From the human T2T-CHM13v2.0 reference genome, Homo sapiens: a DNA stretch of 64,000 nt. The notes beneath the pieces are model-generated. The model saw nothing but the letters and a program-made list of their open reading frames with translations, was not told where the DNA came from and did not search any database. The translations under genes were made by a program, and so were the position numbers. Positions 28,951 through 43,256 of the stretch are shown here, one piece after another. Each line of letters opens with the position of its first letter. Positions within the stretch are counted from its first letter, which is position 1. The stretch lies in assembly GCF_009914755.1 (NCBI RefSeq), contig NC_060935.1; one strand, 5' to 3'.

Positions 28951-31900
28951 CAGTGGGGCACCAGGGAGGATTGGGGGTTCTGGGCAGAGGATGGGGCTTG
29001 AGGGCAGAGGGCAGCTTGGAGGAGCACGCCCGAGTGGACAGGTGGGGAGCTGGAAGGCTTAGCGGGGCTCCTTGGAGAGCAGCGCTGTCCCTGGGCACCA
29101 CGGAGGTGGTTCCTGGCCAGAGCTGATTCTGTCCTGTTCAATTTTGAACTGAAGTGCAAACAAGCCTCAGCGCCCGCTGCTCCCACCCCAAATCGAATTC
29201 GTGCTAATATTTCTCTGGGGGCGGCGGGCTGCCTGCCTTCCGGGGACGGAGGGCGGGGGAGACTGGCAGGGAGGCCAGGCCCAACCACGGGGCTGCCGGG
29301 ACCAGGCCATGTGTCTGGGGCGGCCGGCTTAGCTGGCTGGGATTGTCCACCCAAATTAAATTTTAACCCAGCTCATAAATCTTCCACTAAGTACGTCCCC
29401 TGCCGCCCGCTCGGGTCCACCCCAGGCCGCAGCGTGGGCCAGCACAGCGACAGCCTTGTTCCTCTGCCCCACATGGCTGTGGGGAGGCTGGGCCTACCTG
29501 CCTTGGGAAGTGGGACGGTCACCCACAGACAGGCCCAGGGGCAACCTTGCAGGCTGTCCCAGGAGGAAGTTCAGTGTTGTCCGTTGGGGGCCTGCTTCTC
29601 CCAGCAACCTTAACTTCTCAGGCCTCAGTTTCCTCAGCTGGGCAAGTCGGGGAATAACAGCATCCCCAGCAGGGATGCAGGAGGAATAAGAGATGATGCA
29701 GATAAAGTCCTGGGGGGTGAGGAAAGGGGGCCCTTCTCAGGGGCCACCCCACCCCCACAGAAGGGGAGGCTCAGGTGCCCTTCCTGCGCCCCCAGCCCCT
29801 GCCTCAGCAGATGGTTAGTGGGCTTGCAGCCTCAAAGGAGGCTCAGGGAGGGAGGGTGGGGGTGGAGGTGGCCACAGCCTGTCCCTGCCCTCCCTCCCTA
29901 TGGAGCCCTGGGGGCTGTGAGCTGAGTCGGCTGGGCCAGGCCATGAGCACTCAGCACTGGTGGGGTGGGTGGCTGCGCACACACAGCCATTCAGGGGAAG
30001 CCGGGACTCAACAGTGGGATCCCCCAGGGCTGGAGTGGGGAGGAGGGGCTTAGCTCAGAGCCCACCCTGCCCCAGGTCTTGCATTCGGGGCCAGAGGGAG
30101 GCTTCCTTTGTTGAATTGTGGTTTTAGGAGGCGTAAAGTGCATACCGGCACCTGCACAGCCTGGGGTGTGCAGTTCTAAGACCTGTGAATCTTACATATG
30201 CATATGGTGCCCTTGTGACTACCCCCGAGCTCAGAGGATGGAACATTCCCTCCCCACCCCCAGCTTTCTACTCTCCAGTCCAAACCTGTCCCTCTGCTCT
30301 CCCCATGCCCTCAGGAGGAAGTCCAGGCCCTTCCCTGAGGTCCCCTAGCTGACCGCCCTGCCCCAGGCTGAGTTGTCTCAGGACAGCCACAAAGCCAGCC
30401 TTCCTCCTGCCTCCGGGCCTTTGCACAGCGGTTCTGCGACTGGGGTGCTTTTTCCGGCCCCTGCAGCCCCACTTCTGTCTGAGACTCCTATTCATGCTCC
30501 AGGGACTCACATCATGTGTTCAGGGAAGACAGAGAGGGGGAGAAGGGCATGAAGAAGGAAGGTTCTCGTGCTCACAGTACAGAGATGTAGACACACCCAG
30601 ATCACCCAAGCAGCTGTGGAGCTGGACGTGAGCCCTCATCCGCTCCTCCAACTAGCCCGTGACTTCCACAGGCGGTGCTAGGGGTGGCGGCTGGGGATGG
30701 AGCTGGGAGGGGAGGTAGCAGGCAGCCCGCTAGCCCTTCCCTGTCCTGGCAGGAGCTGTCACTGCCTCTCTCCTTGATGGCGGGGTATGAAGAGAAGCCT
30801 TTTGACGCAGGGAGATGACCCCTCCCCGGCCTCCACCTACACAGCAGCCACGTGGCCACCCTGAACAGCTGCCACAGTGACCGACACCCCCTGGATGTGT
30901 TTGTCCTCCCACAGCAAAGCACAATTAACATCCCCACTGGTAAATGATATGGGGCCATATTTCACCTGGACCCAAATGTGGGCCACAGAGGCATTAAAAT
31001 AAATGACGGCACGGTTCAGTGAGGTCTCCGATTCTTGGATCTGGCAGAAGTGCACCTGTGCAGCGCCCCCACTGCTCTCCTGGGCCCCTGCCCCAGTTCC
31101 ATGCCCTCTGTGCAGGGAAATCAACCTGCTCCTGTCACTTCGGATGTGGGAACAGGGTCCGCCACCCAGACCTCACCCCAACCCTGCCACCCCTGCCACC
31201 CCTGCCACGGCTGTAGCCCTGACCACAGGCCGGTTGTCCCCAGCCCGAGGAGACTCCGGGGTGCGTCTGCCTCCCAAGAAAGCCAGGTTCTCTGGGAACC
31301 AGACTGGGCAGGGTCCAGTTGGCCACACCTCTCCACAGTTGCCACCCCTTGCTGGAGCTCTGGGCTTGGAGGCAAGCACGCAGTCCCCAAGAAATGGGCG
31401 CAGCTGGTACCAGCATCCTGCAGCTTCACTCGCTGCAGCCTGCAAGGCTGGCCTTGCCCGCGGCCCCAGCCACCCTGCAGGACATGCAGCCACGGGTCCT
31501 TGTCCTCATATTCACTCTCCTGTGATGATCTCATGATGCTGCATGCTTGGCCTGGTCCTTGTGGTCCCTCACCCTGTCCACCCAGTACACAGAGCACGCT
31601 GTGCACGTCTGAATGACCGGAGGCTGGACGCCTGCCCAGGGCTGGCTTCTCTGCACTGTGGGGTCCACAGACCACTCTCCTGGGGGCTGTTTCAGGAGAT
31701 GAAGGCAGTGGGTACACAGGGCTTAGCTCCTTCTTTCTGCGACAGGGGAGAGGTGGAGAGGCCTGGATTGTGTCAGGAGGGGAGGCCGGGCCTCCTCAGC
31801 TGTTCGAGGGGCCAGAGCTGGGAGGGCCTCGAGAGGGGCTGTGGTGTGGAAACACCCCGGTGGTGGAGGCCCTGGTGGCCCTGTCACTGGCTCTCTGGGC

Positions 31901-34532
31901 CTCCCCTGGCTCTTCCCATAGGCACTTGGCCCCTCTATCTCCACCCCAGGGCCCCAGGAGTTCTGTTACTCAGAAAGTGCTCTGCAAAAATAAAGTTGAA
32001 CCCCGCAGGGACCCAAAGCAGCCAGACTCCTCCAGGGGTGTAGGGTGGGGAGGTTGGTAAAAGTCGCTGCCTCCTCTGGGGAGGGACCAGGCAAGCACCC
32101 AGGGGAGCCGTAGCCAGGAGATGGGGGGACCTTGCGTCACTAGGCTCGGTGGCCAGGCGGGGCCAGGGAGGGGCAGCATAGACCAGGGGGCAGTGGGGCC
32201 TTGGGCGTGACTGTCTGCGGGCCTCGGGGTCCTCACCTGTGGAAGGCCGGCACAAGCATCCTCCCTGTGAGCCCTGCAGGCGCGGCTGTGGGCCTGGGGC
32301 AGGGCAGGCGCTCAGGAGCTGGCTGCCTAGCCTCCCCTTCCTCACCAGGACGGCAGAGGCTGACTCTCCTCTCACCTGCAGGTGGCACCACCCTTTACAG
32401 TGTGTTTCTCCTGGCCTGGAGCAGGTCTCTCCTCCTCCTCCCCGGGTTTTGTTTTTCCATCAGCACACACCACCAGGCCACCCTTATTGGTTGTGTGACC
32501 CACGGCAAGTCACTCGACCCCTCTGGGTCTCGGCTGCCCTGTCTATGAAATGGGGATAATCGTGTGTTTCCCCAGGTCACTAAGAGCACGAGATGAACGA
32601 CAGCAGACAGTAAGAGACTGAACAGAGCCTGGCACATGATGGGCTCTTGGTGGGTGGGAGTGGCTGTTCTGTTATTACTTGGCAGGGGCACTAGGCAGGA
32701 TCGCAGGCGGAATCGGGTGTATTGAAGGTGCGGTTCACAAAGTCATGGGCGGGGTTAGGAAACCAACAGGGGAAGGTGGGCAGCTGTCACCATGGAGGCT
32801 GGGGAGGAGGCAGAGGTTACCAGACTCAGAGAGAGCCACCGAAGCCACTGGGAGGGCCACTGACAAGAGAGGGAAGCCTCAGGAACTCGTGCCCCGCCGG
32901 CTGTCCTCCCTCCCTCCGGCCTGCTGCTGTGGCTCCTCTGTGAACCCAGCCGGAAGGCAGGAGCCCAGGAGCCCGCTGGTGACCAGCAGCCTTCCAGGCA
33001 CAGGGCGGGTCGGGGAGTGATCTGACGGGACAAGTGCTCTGCTGAGGGGCTGGCATTGCACCGCGGAGGTGAGGGCCCCGGGCTCTGGGTGGGGGAGCAG
33101 GGCTTGGTGCTGCTGTTTACCAGCTGTGAGACCGGGGTAGGGCAGCCAAGTGTCCCAGTGTGCCAGGGATTCGGACCCAAACTCGGTCAAAATAGGGCCC
33201 GCAAGTCCCCTAGACCTGGGGCAGGAGGCTTATCATCTCTGAGCCCAGATTCCCCATCTGTAACATGGAGGAGTCGTCACCTCACGGAGCAGGGGTGGGA
33301 TTCAACACAGGTGTGGGTCCAGCCCCCTCCCCTGACTCCCCCAGGGCATTCTCCAGCCTCCTCCTGTTATCCATGCACTTTCCTTCCCAGCTGCCGGGTC
33401 GGCAGCCACGGACCAGAGAAAGCGGCTGAAAACTTGGGGAGACTGTTCTCAGAGCAAGGAACTCCCCAGTCCCAGCCTGGCCCCACTCCTGGGGTGGAGG
33501 TGATGCCTTGAGAGAAGCTGGCCCAGGGCCTGGACAAAGTGGGGCTCTTGAGGGAGGGTGAGAGGCCCTGAGACAGTGCCATCGGGGAAGCTGCCAGTCC
33601 CGTGGGGGCAGGGCTGAGAGGAGGGTAAGGGCTCCTAATGCCAGTCTCTGTGCCCACTCATAGGTGTCCTGCCCCCAGGGAAAGAATGAGGAGGATGATG
33701 GTGCTGGAGTCGAGACCAGCTCTGCCCTGTGTGACCCTGGGCAGGGCATTCACCTCTCTGAGCCTCAGTTTGCCCCCCACGCCCTGTAAAGTGAGAGGAT
33801 TGGATAAGATGGCGTCTTCATTGTTTCAGCACTTATGACAAGGCCCTCCATCCAAGTAACAAACAAAAGGGAAACACAAAGCCTGTGACTGGACTCAACA
33901 GCTGTGTCATCCTGAGCCCAGAACCTTCTAGAATGGGGCTGGGGGAGGGGAAGATATGCACCCTCTCCCCACGGGGCTAGGGACTCATCTCTGCCTGTCT
34001 TCCCAGGCCCCAGGTTTCAGGCCCCGAACAGCCTGAGTCCACAGGGTGACAGGGTGTGGGAAAGGCCAACGGGCGTGTGGGTCTCCAGCCTTTGCTCATC
34101 CTCGGGAAATGCATCGTGCGTTGCTTTTCCCGTCTGGGAGTCTAATAGTCAGCAGTTATTTATCGTCTCGTTTCTTAGTGGGTAGGAAAGCCACAAATAA
34201 GTAAACTCAGGCAGCAGGGCACAATTACTGAGCCTGGTGCTTTATTTCCTCAACTCACCTCCAGCCCGGGCAGCAGTGGGTCGATAATAATTTACGAGGC
34301 AGCCCCTGAGGTGGAGGAGGAGGAGGAGGCCAAATAACCACATTTGCTTCCCCGGGCCCTCCCTCGACCGGCTCTGCCTGCTCACAGGTGGCTGGGCCAG
34401 GAGGCTCCGGGATGAGGCAGGAAGTGGAGGCTGTGGCCAGCCATCGCCGCAGGAGGGGTCCCAGCTGGAGCACTGCGCAGCCCCAGGCCTTGTCCCCAGC
34501 CACCAACAGACCACTTCTCTGAGGCGGGGACG

Positions 34533-34623
34533 TCCCAAGACTAAAATGGGGGCAGGGGTGGCAGCGTCTCTCCACCACATCCCAAGACTAAAATGGGGGC
34601 GGGGTGGCGGCGTCTCTCCACCA
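34533..34623 (+). repeat. About 47-bp tandem duplication
   Basis: TCCCAAGACTAAAATGGGGGC(A)GGGGTGGC(A/G)GCGTCTCTCCACCA x2. Confidence 0.9.
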
Positions 34624-34848
34624 GGCACTTGGGGTTTGTCTCTGGGGCTCTGCAGAAGCAGAGCCCGAGTCGGGTCCAGCCCTGCACTCCCAGGGAGCCC
34701 TGAGGGACGAAGTAAAGCAGGAGAGGGCAGGGGGAGGGACAGCCAGGGTGGTCGCAGTTTGGTCTGCCCTGTAGGGGGCACTGGCAGAATCTGCAGCACT
34801 GACCTCTGACCTCTGGGTCAGTTGGTTACTGACTGCTGACTGTGCCTA

Positions 34849-35010
34849 GGAGAAGGGGGAGGAGGGAGGGGAGAAAGAAGACAGAGGAGGAGGAGGGAAG
34901 AGAAGATGAGGAGGGACATGGGAGGAGGAGGGGAGAAGGGAGAGGAGAAGGAGGGAAGAGAGGGTGGGGAGGGGGCATGGGAGGAGGATAGAAGAGGGAT
35001 GGGGAGGGGG
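34849..35010 (+). repeat. G/A-rich low-complexity tract
   Basis: Nearly pure purine run ggagaagggggaggagggagggg... Confidence 0.85.
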
Positions 35011-36665
35011 CCTAAGACTCCAGCTCCTGGGGCAAGGGAAGTGGGCAGTGGCAGCCTCCGCTGCGGGGTCTGCAGCCCACGGAGTGTGGGACAGAGTTCA
35101 TCCTGCCTCAGAAGGAGGCTGGGATTTGGATTTCATCACTCACGTAGCTGATTTCATCACGTTTCATTTTCTGTCAAGTTTCCTGCCGTTACAATCTCAT
35201 TCATTCCTCTGGGGACATGAGGATGCCAGGTAGGGAGGTTGGGGGGCGGGTGGCACCACCGCAGCTTTTGCCCCAGGGCTGCACTGGTGCCAGGGAGGTG
35301 GATGTGGGGGACGAGCCTACAGGGGTGAGGCTGGGGTGGGGTTGGGGTTGGTGGGTTACAACAGTAGCTGAGGTGCATGCCCAGGGAGAGCTGGGCCAGT
35401 CCTTCGGGCGTTTGCACAGCACCTCCTGGAGTCCTTGCCACAGCCTAGGACGTTGCCGCCACCATCCCCCCATCCGACAGATAAGGGGACTGATGTTCAG
35501 AAGACACTCGGCCCAAGGGGCACAGCTGCTGAAGTTGCACGAGGGGCCCCAACTCCCCACCTGGACACTGGCCATTAGCACTGTCCTGTCCCCTCCAGCA
35601 AGGCTTACTGTTCTTCCCACAACAGCCCTCCTGACAGTGGGCCACTACCCCAGTCCCCCAGGAGGCTGCTGAGGCCCAGCACAGCCAAAGGCAGGAGCAC
35701 CAGAGCGGCTGCTGGGCCAATCCCACCATCTGGCCACTCTTCTCTGTGTCCCGAGGCCTCTCTCTGGGGCTGCAGGAAGCATACTGAGGGCAGTGGCGTC
35801 ACTCTGGGCTCTCAGGTGGTAGAGGACAGCGGGGCTGCCGGCCCTCTATCCCCACGTGATCTCAGCTCCTGAGGGTCCCAAAAAACAATCCTCCCACCCA
35901 AGCCAGGACCATAGCACACTCTGGTGTATTCAAAAGGCCACCGTCCTTCCTGGCCTCCAAGCTTGGCCCGTGTTAGGGTCGCCGTGGCATCCCGAGTGGG
36001 TGGAGTCACTGCACAGTCTCAGGCTCCAAAGAGGGCTCTAATTCCTACCCACTAACGTCTCCCCTGTTCTTGTCTTTCTGTCTGCCTCTTAAAAAAATTA
36101 AACACGGATGGTTTCATATGGGGAGAATTAGTATTCCAGGCAGGCCAGGGGATGTGATCAGAATGTCAAGGCCAGAGACACAGAGCCTGAAGGGAAGGAA
36201 AGAGGTGCTGGGCCTGGCAGGGGTCCTGGGGTGGGGGCAGAGGGCTCTGACCCTGCCTATGGAGGGCTGGTGGGGCCTCCCAGGGGCCTATGTGCCGCTG
36301 GAGAGGTTGAGGTTGGGTGTGGCCAGAGGTCTTGACACAGCATCCACGATGGGAGGAGATGGGGCCGCTCAGAGACCGCGTGTGGTCATGACACGTGCCT
36401 TCCCATGGCCCAGCCCGGCTCCTCTGCCCCGTCCACTCCCACTCTCATTCAGCCCTCACTTGCTGCAGGCACGTGTGCCACTGTGTGCCAGCCACCAGCT
36501 GGGTACCAGGGAGGCACAGGGCAGGGACAGGCCTATCCTCACCACTGCATGTCACCAGCACCAGGCCCCTGCATGGCACACAGCAGCCCCTTACCAAAAG
36601 CCTGAGTAAACGGGTGCATGAACACCCACAGCATCTCCCCAAGCATGGTTTGAAGAAGACATGAA

Positions 36666-36795
36666 CGCTGGGAGGTTAACACGTGTCACCAAAGACAAAG
36701 TCAATGGGTAACCGCTGGAGTGAACAAACTTCAATTGGCATCTTTGCCGCAGGACTTCTCAGATCCTTTAATATGCTAATGTGCCCTGTGACCCT
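36666..36795. mobile_element. Probable hAT-Charlie-type DNA transposon fragment
   Basis: ggcatctttgccgcaggacttctcagatcctttaatatgctaatgtgc resembles Charlie-family internal sequence from memory; subfamily not verified. Confidence 0.4.
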
Positions 36796-37853
36796 GCAGA
36801 GGGAGTTCGGCTTGCAGCCTCCAGCCAACCTTTAGTCCCTGGCCACACCGGAGTGGCTGGTGTGGCCTTGAGGACCCGGAGTGGAGAGAGGAGTGAGTTT
36901 GCATCCAGGCTCTGGAGCAGACCCCCTGTGGGACCCTGGGCAGGCTCCTGAATATCTGTTTTCTCAGGTGGAAAATTGGAATGGTAATAACAGTGCCTGT
37001 GCATTCAGTGAGGCGACGTGTGAATAGTGTCTGCCTCGGACACAACACAGGGCGGCCACTACTGTTGTTAGTATTATTATTATTATCCACATCAACATCT
37101 CAGCTCTGTGTGCCTGGGCCATCTAGAACTCGATCGAGTCAGCTGCTGGTGTTGTCACTGCTGCGGACACAGTCCTTACCCGTAAGAGCTCACGGCCCAT
37201 TGGGAAAAGACAATTATACTCCCCGGTGGAGAGGGCAAGGGCTGAGTGAGCCGGGAAGCCAGGCCTCCACCTGGCATGCTCACCGCTGCCTGGCATCTCT
37301 GCCAGTGGCCATGTAGACTAGGTATGGATGCCCCTGGTGGGGGCAGCCTGGCCCACCTTTGGGCATCTCTGCCTGGTACAGATTTCTTTCTTAACTCCAT
37401 CCCTCCCAGTCCTTCCCTCCCAGTCCTTCCAGTTCTTGGGCCTCCCAGAACAGGTCGGTCTTCCTTCTCTGCTGAAGACAGGAGACTGCCCTCTTCCCTG
37501 GACAGGGCTGAACAAGCCCCACCCCCTCTTGGTCATGGCCAAGGTCACTCCCCACCCACTGGGCCTCCCGCTCTGTAGTGTGGCTGTGTGTCTCTAAGAG
37601 CCCAGAACAGAACAGTGTTCTAGTCTGGCCTGGCCAGGGTGGAAGGAGGGAGGAGGTGGTACAGTGATCACCTCCTTCAATATACCATTGATTCCTCCAT
37701 TAATACAGCCTGTGCAGCAACCAGAAGCTGGGGGCAAGGTGTCCCTCTGTGTCTGGTACAGTGAATCACCTTGCTCTGCAGAAGCAGAGGATAGCTGGCT
37801 GATAGAAAGCACGGTGCCAGGGGAGCCTGAGAGGCCAAAGCTAAGCAGGCCAG

Positions 37854-38284
37854 GGCCGGGCGCAGTGGCTTATGCCTGTAATCCCAGCACTTTGGGAGGC
37901 CAAGCCAGGCAGATCATCTGAGGTCAGGAGTTTGAGACCAGCCTGGACAACATGGTGAAACCCCGACTCTATTAAAAATACAAAGCTTAGGCTGGGCGTG
38001 GTGGCTCACGCCTGTAATCCCAGAACTTTGGGAGGCCAAAGCGGGTGGAGCACAAGGTCAGGAGTTCAAGACCAACCTGGAAGACGGTAAAACCACGTCT
38101 CTACTAAAAATACAAAAAAAGTTAGCCGGGCATGGTGACAGGCGCCTGAAATCCCAGCTACTCAGGAGGCTGAGGCAGATAATTGCTTGAACCCAGGAGG
38201 CGGAGGTTGCAGTGAGCTGAGATCATGCCACTGCACTCCAGCCTGGGCGACAGAGTGAGACTCCAACTTAAAAAAAAAAAAAAA
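37854..38284 (+). mobile_element. Trimeric Alu structure (left arm + left arm + right arm)
   Basis: Left monomer 37854-37985, then a complete Alu from 37990. One TSD, CAAAG(C/T)TAAGCAGGC, brackets the whole unit. Confidence 0.88.
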
Positions 38285-40225
38285 TCCCAAAAAACAAAGT
38301 TAAGCAGGCTGGGGACAAGGAAGGGTCAGGGAAGCTTCCTGGAGGAAGAAACAGTTGTCAGTTAGAAATGAATGGCAGGCTCCTGGAGTGAAGGCCTCCT
38401 GAGTCATCCATCCCTGCCCCTGCCTAACCGCAGGCTGACTGGCAGAGCCATTGGGTCGCGTACGTCATGGGGCAGACTCCGGAGGCTCAATGTGTGGCTG
38501 CTGCGGGCGGGACCATTTGTCTTTGGGAAAAGTGGTTCAGGGAGGCTGACCACAGAGGCCAGAGGCCTCTCAATGCTGACCCCTATCTACCAGGATTTAG
38601 AAAGTCACCCCTGACCCCACGACCACGGCATCCTTGGCTGTGCCTGGGGTTCACAGGGGAACTGAGGCTGAAGCACTTCCCAGAGGTCACATCCAGGTTG
38701 GGGGGCCCAGGAGTGGATTTCGCCGAATGTCCCATCTGGGCCTGTGTCCCAAGAGGGGAGGTAGCCACAGGTTTCCCAGCCCCGTGTGCTCCAGGAGTGA
38801 AAGTACTAGGGGCCTCGTTAGCTGTGGCTTCAAAGAGCCTCGTTATTAACAAAAGTGTGCCGCGAATGCTTTCTCTTCCTGCTTCTCTCCTTAAGGCAGG
38901 CTCCCAAATGAAAAGGAAAATATACAATGAGAGGCACTAAGGAAACCTCAGAGGAAAGCCAGGCGTCTGCAAAGATGGGGAAGGAACGACATTCCACTCT
39001 CGTGTGAGGTGTGGGCTGGCTTGCTTGCTTTATTTATTTAAAATAGTCTCTCTTTTTCCCCCATTCCTCCCAATTCAGCTAGTCTCTCAGGCGCACTTTA
39101 AGTTCTTTTGAAGTGTTACAACCATTTTCTCCTCTTTCAATTAACAACAAGAAAAGGAAGCTAATAGCTTCCTGAGCCACTCGCTGTAAATATTAACAAA
39201 GTCTGGCCGCCTGGGCCGAGCGCACAGCATTGCTCTCGGCCAGAGAGAGCATGTTTATGGGAAGGAGGGAAAGGGTGGGAGATTTCCAACACAGGCAAAA
39301 AATCCCTTGGCACAGGCTCTTGCTGGTGCAGGGAAACCAGAGAGCTGGGAGCTGAGTGAGAGGGCACCTGTCCCTGGGGGCTGGAGGCTGGCAGAGCTGG
39401 TGGGAGGGAAGTAGAGAACTGAGGTTGCTAGTGGATGCTTCTGGAAGGAAAGGCGGCTTCCCCCAGCTGCACCTGAGTAACTCGGATGATGGCATATGTG
39501 TGGACTGGAATCCCCAGCTCACAGCGGAGGTCTGAGGAGGGCTGGGTTTCTAGATGCAGCAGGCGGAGGGAGGTGCTGCACACTGGACCCCCAGCACTAG
39601 CACGGAGCCCTTGAAGGAAGTGAGCAGGGGGCTCCTGAAATAGGCCAAGAGGGGCTCCAAGTCAGGGGTTGAGACCTGAATGGAGGAGCGCGAGGCTGAG
39701 GGGAGGGTCTGGGGAAGGGGCAGCCGAGGGAGGGAGCTGACTGCCTTTGGGCAGAGCCTGGGTTCTCTGACAGCTCCTCGCTTTCTCCCTGGGGAGTCTC
39801 CAGCAGTGGTCCCCCCACCCCCCAAGGGGCCCATGAGCCTGCAGGATATGTCGCGCTGCAGCCAGCACAGTGCTGCTTCAAACTGCCACTTGAGAGCTCC
39901 AGCGTGGGGACAGCGTGGGGCCCACTTCACAGCCAGGCTGCCAGGAGACGCTGTGAGAGTGCCCAGACCCTGGAGGCCAGGAGGGGACCAGGGCTGCCCG
40001 CCGGCTCCACCACCTGCCTTGGCCAAGGGCCAGCCAAGAGCACTGTGACGGGCAGGCAGGGGGTCGAACAGCCACTGTTCTGCCGACAAAAGCAGGCCAA
40101 TTTCCTGAAAGAAGAGGTTCCGGCCTTGGCTGGTGGCGCCAGGTTCATCACCCCGAGCTTCCTCTAGGCTGGACACGGTCCCTAATGGGCACGGGCGACG
40201 CATTACAGTGAGGTCTGCCAGGTAG

Positions 40226-40551
<326 letters not shown>

Positions 40552-43256
40552 CTACCCTCTCCCCCTTTTGTGCCTAGATTTGCTCTGTGAAGGGGCAGGC
40601 TCTGGCCGCAGTGCCCCTCCCTGAGGGGAAGAGGGCAGGCCTGTGGGGGGCTGCCGTGTCCCCATACCCTCCAAGCACACTGCCAGCTGTGTCCCCTCGA
40701 GGGCCTCCCCCGGCAGAGCTGAGAGCTGATGCCTGTCCCTCCGTGAGCTGGGTGCGAGTGGCCCTTGCTGGTCCCCCGCTCACCCACTCTCTCAGCGTCT
40801 GGGCCCGGGAGTTCCTGCCTACCCTTGCTGGGAGGAGATTGCAAAGGCACAAGAGCACTCCAGGCGGATGAGAACTCTTCAGGCGCCTGCCTGCTCCTGT
40901 CTCCCTGCTGCCCGGGGATGGCGGTGCCCACTGGCAGCCGTTTCTAGGTCCCTGTTGCTCAGCTGCACTGTGAGGACGGCAGCTTCAGCTAGGGAACCCT
41001 CCCCCTCTGCAGCATCCTGAGCCTGGCAGAACTGGGCCTCCAGACCCCCCAGAAAGTACAAGGAGGGACTGCTGGGTCCAGTGGGGCAGGTAGGGAGGGG
41101 CAGGTGGCTACGGTCTGCGCCCAATTTGGGCTTCTCTGCCAACTCAGCACCAAGGGATGGGTGAACTCCCAGGCCACCTCTGGCCAGAGCTGCCCACATG
41201 TGAAGGGAAGGAAGGAAGAAAATAAAGAAGGGGAGATGTCCCGTGGCAAGAGAAGCTCCGTCCTGGGCGAGTGGGCCCCGCACCCCTGAAGTGCCCTGCT
41301 CTGGGCGCTGCCTGCTGAGTTTCTCTGATGGCCATCTTGAGGGTGGGCGCTGGCAAAGGCCCAGGCCCGCCGGCCGGGCGGCACAGACTCCTGAAGCCAC
41401 CCACGGCCTGGCTCGCACACTCTCGCAAATACCCTGAAAGTCTGGGTTTTGTCAGGAGATGGTTTAATTAGCAGAGCGGAGGCTGGGAGGGTTCGCACCA
41501 CACAAGCAGGCTCTCGCCTCCGCCTCTTCTCACCCTGCTACTCGGGTGCCATGCAGCGGTGCCAAGCCTGGGGGCCCGGAGCGAGTGGGCAGGGAATGGG
41601 GTGGGCCCATCTCACAGGGCAGAAGGCACAGCCTCCAGAGGCCTTCCTGCTCCTGCTCAGGCCTGGGGCTGCAGGCTGCAGATCAGGACCAGGCTTGGAG
41701 CCCATAGCAAGCCGGCTGTCCATGGCTCTCTTGGTGGTGCTCCTGGGAGCACTCAGCTGCCCTCCAGTGAGGAGAAGGAGGCGGGAACCCACTCAGCACC
41801 CAGGCCTGTCTTCAGGGAGTAAAACCTGGGGGCCTCCCAAGTTGGCCCCTTCCCTTCAACCCCTCACTGTATGAGGTCCCTACCCCATGTCCCTGTCCCT
41901 GTTCCTGAGGACATGGTCCCAGCTTTTCACTGGTCCTCTCCTGTGCACCTGGGCACCTTCCAGGTCTCCATGCAGCAGCGAGAACACTCCTTCTAAACTG
42001 CAAGTCTGGTCACGCTCCTCCATGCCTCGGCACCCTCACGGCCTCCCCCCTGCCCTTGTACAAAGACCAGGCCCCTCAGTGCAGCATTCAGAGCGCCCCT
42101 AAGGCCAGGCTCCGGGCCCTGCTTCAGCTCGGATCACGGCCCTCCACTCACTCAGAGCTCTGGGACACTGACCTCTCACTATACCAAGCCCTCCCACCTC
42201 CAGTCTTCACATAGGCTGTTCCCTCAGCCTGAAATGTTCTTCCCGTCCCACTCCCAACATGCTGAGCCCATTACTGGAGCGGTCCTAGCCCCCACACGGC
42301 AATGCTCTCCCTGCCCCCAGCCTTCTGTCTCCAGTGCCCTCGGGAGAGAGGGAATAAGCAGCCCCCAGACTGCTCTCTGCAATGGGAAAGAAAGGAACAG
42401 GCTCTGTGGATGGCCATCCTGGTAGGGGGAAGTCAGAGCCATGGAACAAACTCCAGTTTGAGTCACAAAGAGCCTTTTCATCTATAAAGGTCAGATACAG
42501 ATGCTGACCTCAGCCTGGAAGTCCAAAATGAAAGAAAATCCTGGGTCTCCTAGCTCGCACCAGCTCTGACCTGCTTACAATGATCTAAACTCTGCCCTCT
42601 TTGCCACAGGGCAGCTCTTCCCAGGGAGGGGGCAGGCATGTTGTTCATTTAAAACACCACTTCGCTAAGTCACCAGCCATAAAGCCCACCTGGGTTTCTA
42701 GCAGCACATACCAGCCATCTGATTAATGACACATACATAAAAATCCATCCCAAAGAGCCAAAGGTTGAAATGAAACAGGAGGGCTAATTGCTAATATAGG
42801 AATTAATATCAGAGAGCTCCGATCTTTAAGGCAGCTATGAACTGTAAAGCTGAGGGCCTGAGGATCGTTTCTACTTCGGGAGGAAGCCCTGAGTGCCAAG
42901 GGTGGGCAGTGGCTCTAGAAGATAGGCAGGTGGTCAAGGGGAAACACAGCCAGACCTGCCTCCCTCTGGATTGCCACTGAGCTCACATGTGACTGTCATA
43001 ACATGAGAGTACCCCAGAACCACAGCACAGCGTCATCTTCTCCAAGAAGCCTCCATGATCCACCCCACTCCCCGAAGGCTGGGCAAGGCGGGGCTCTTGG
43101 CTCCCACACTGCCCTGTGTGAGTCTCACATTGTAGCCCTCTGAAAACCAATGCCCTCCCCACTGGACTGTGAGCTCCTGGAGGATGAGGGCATCTCTTTG
43201 GATCCCCAATGTCTTGTACAATGCCTGGAGCATGATTAGACTCAGAATATGTTTGC

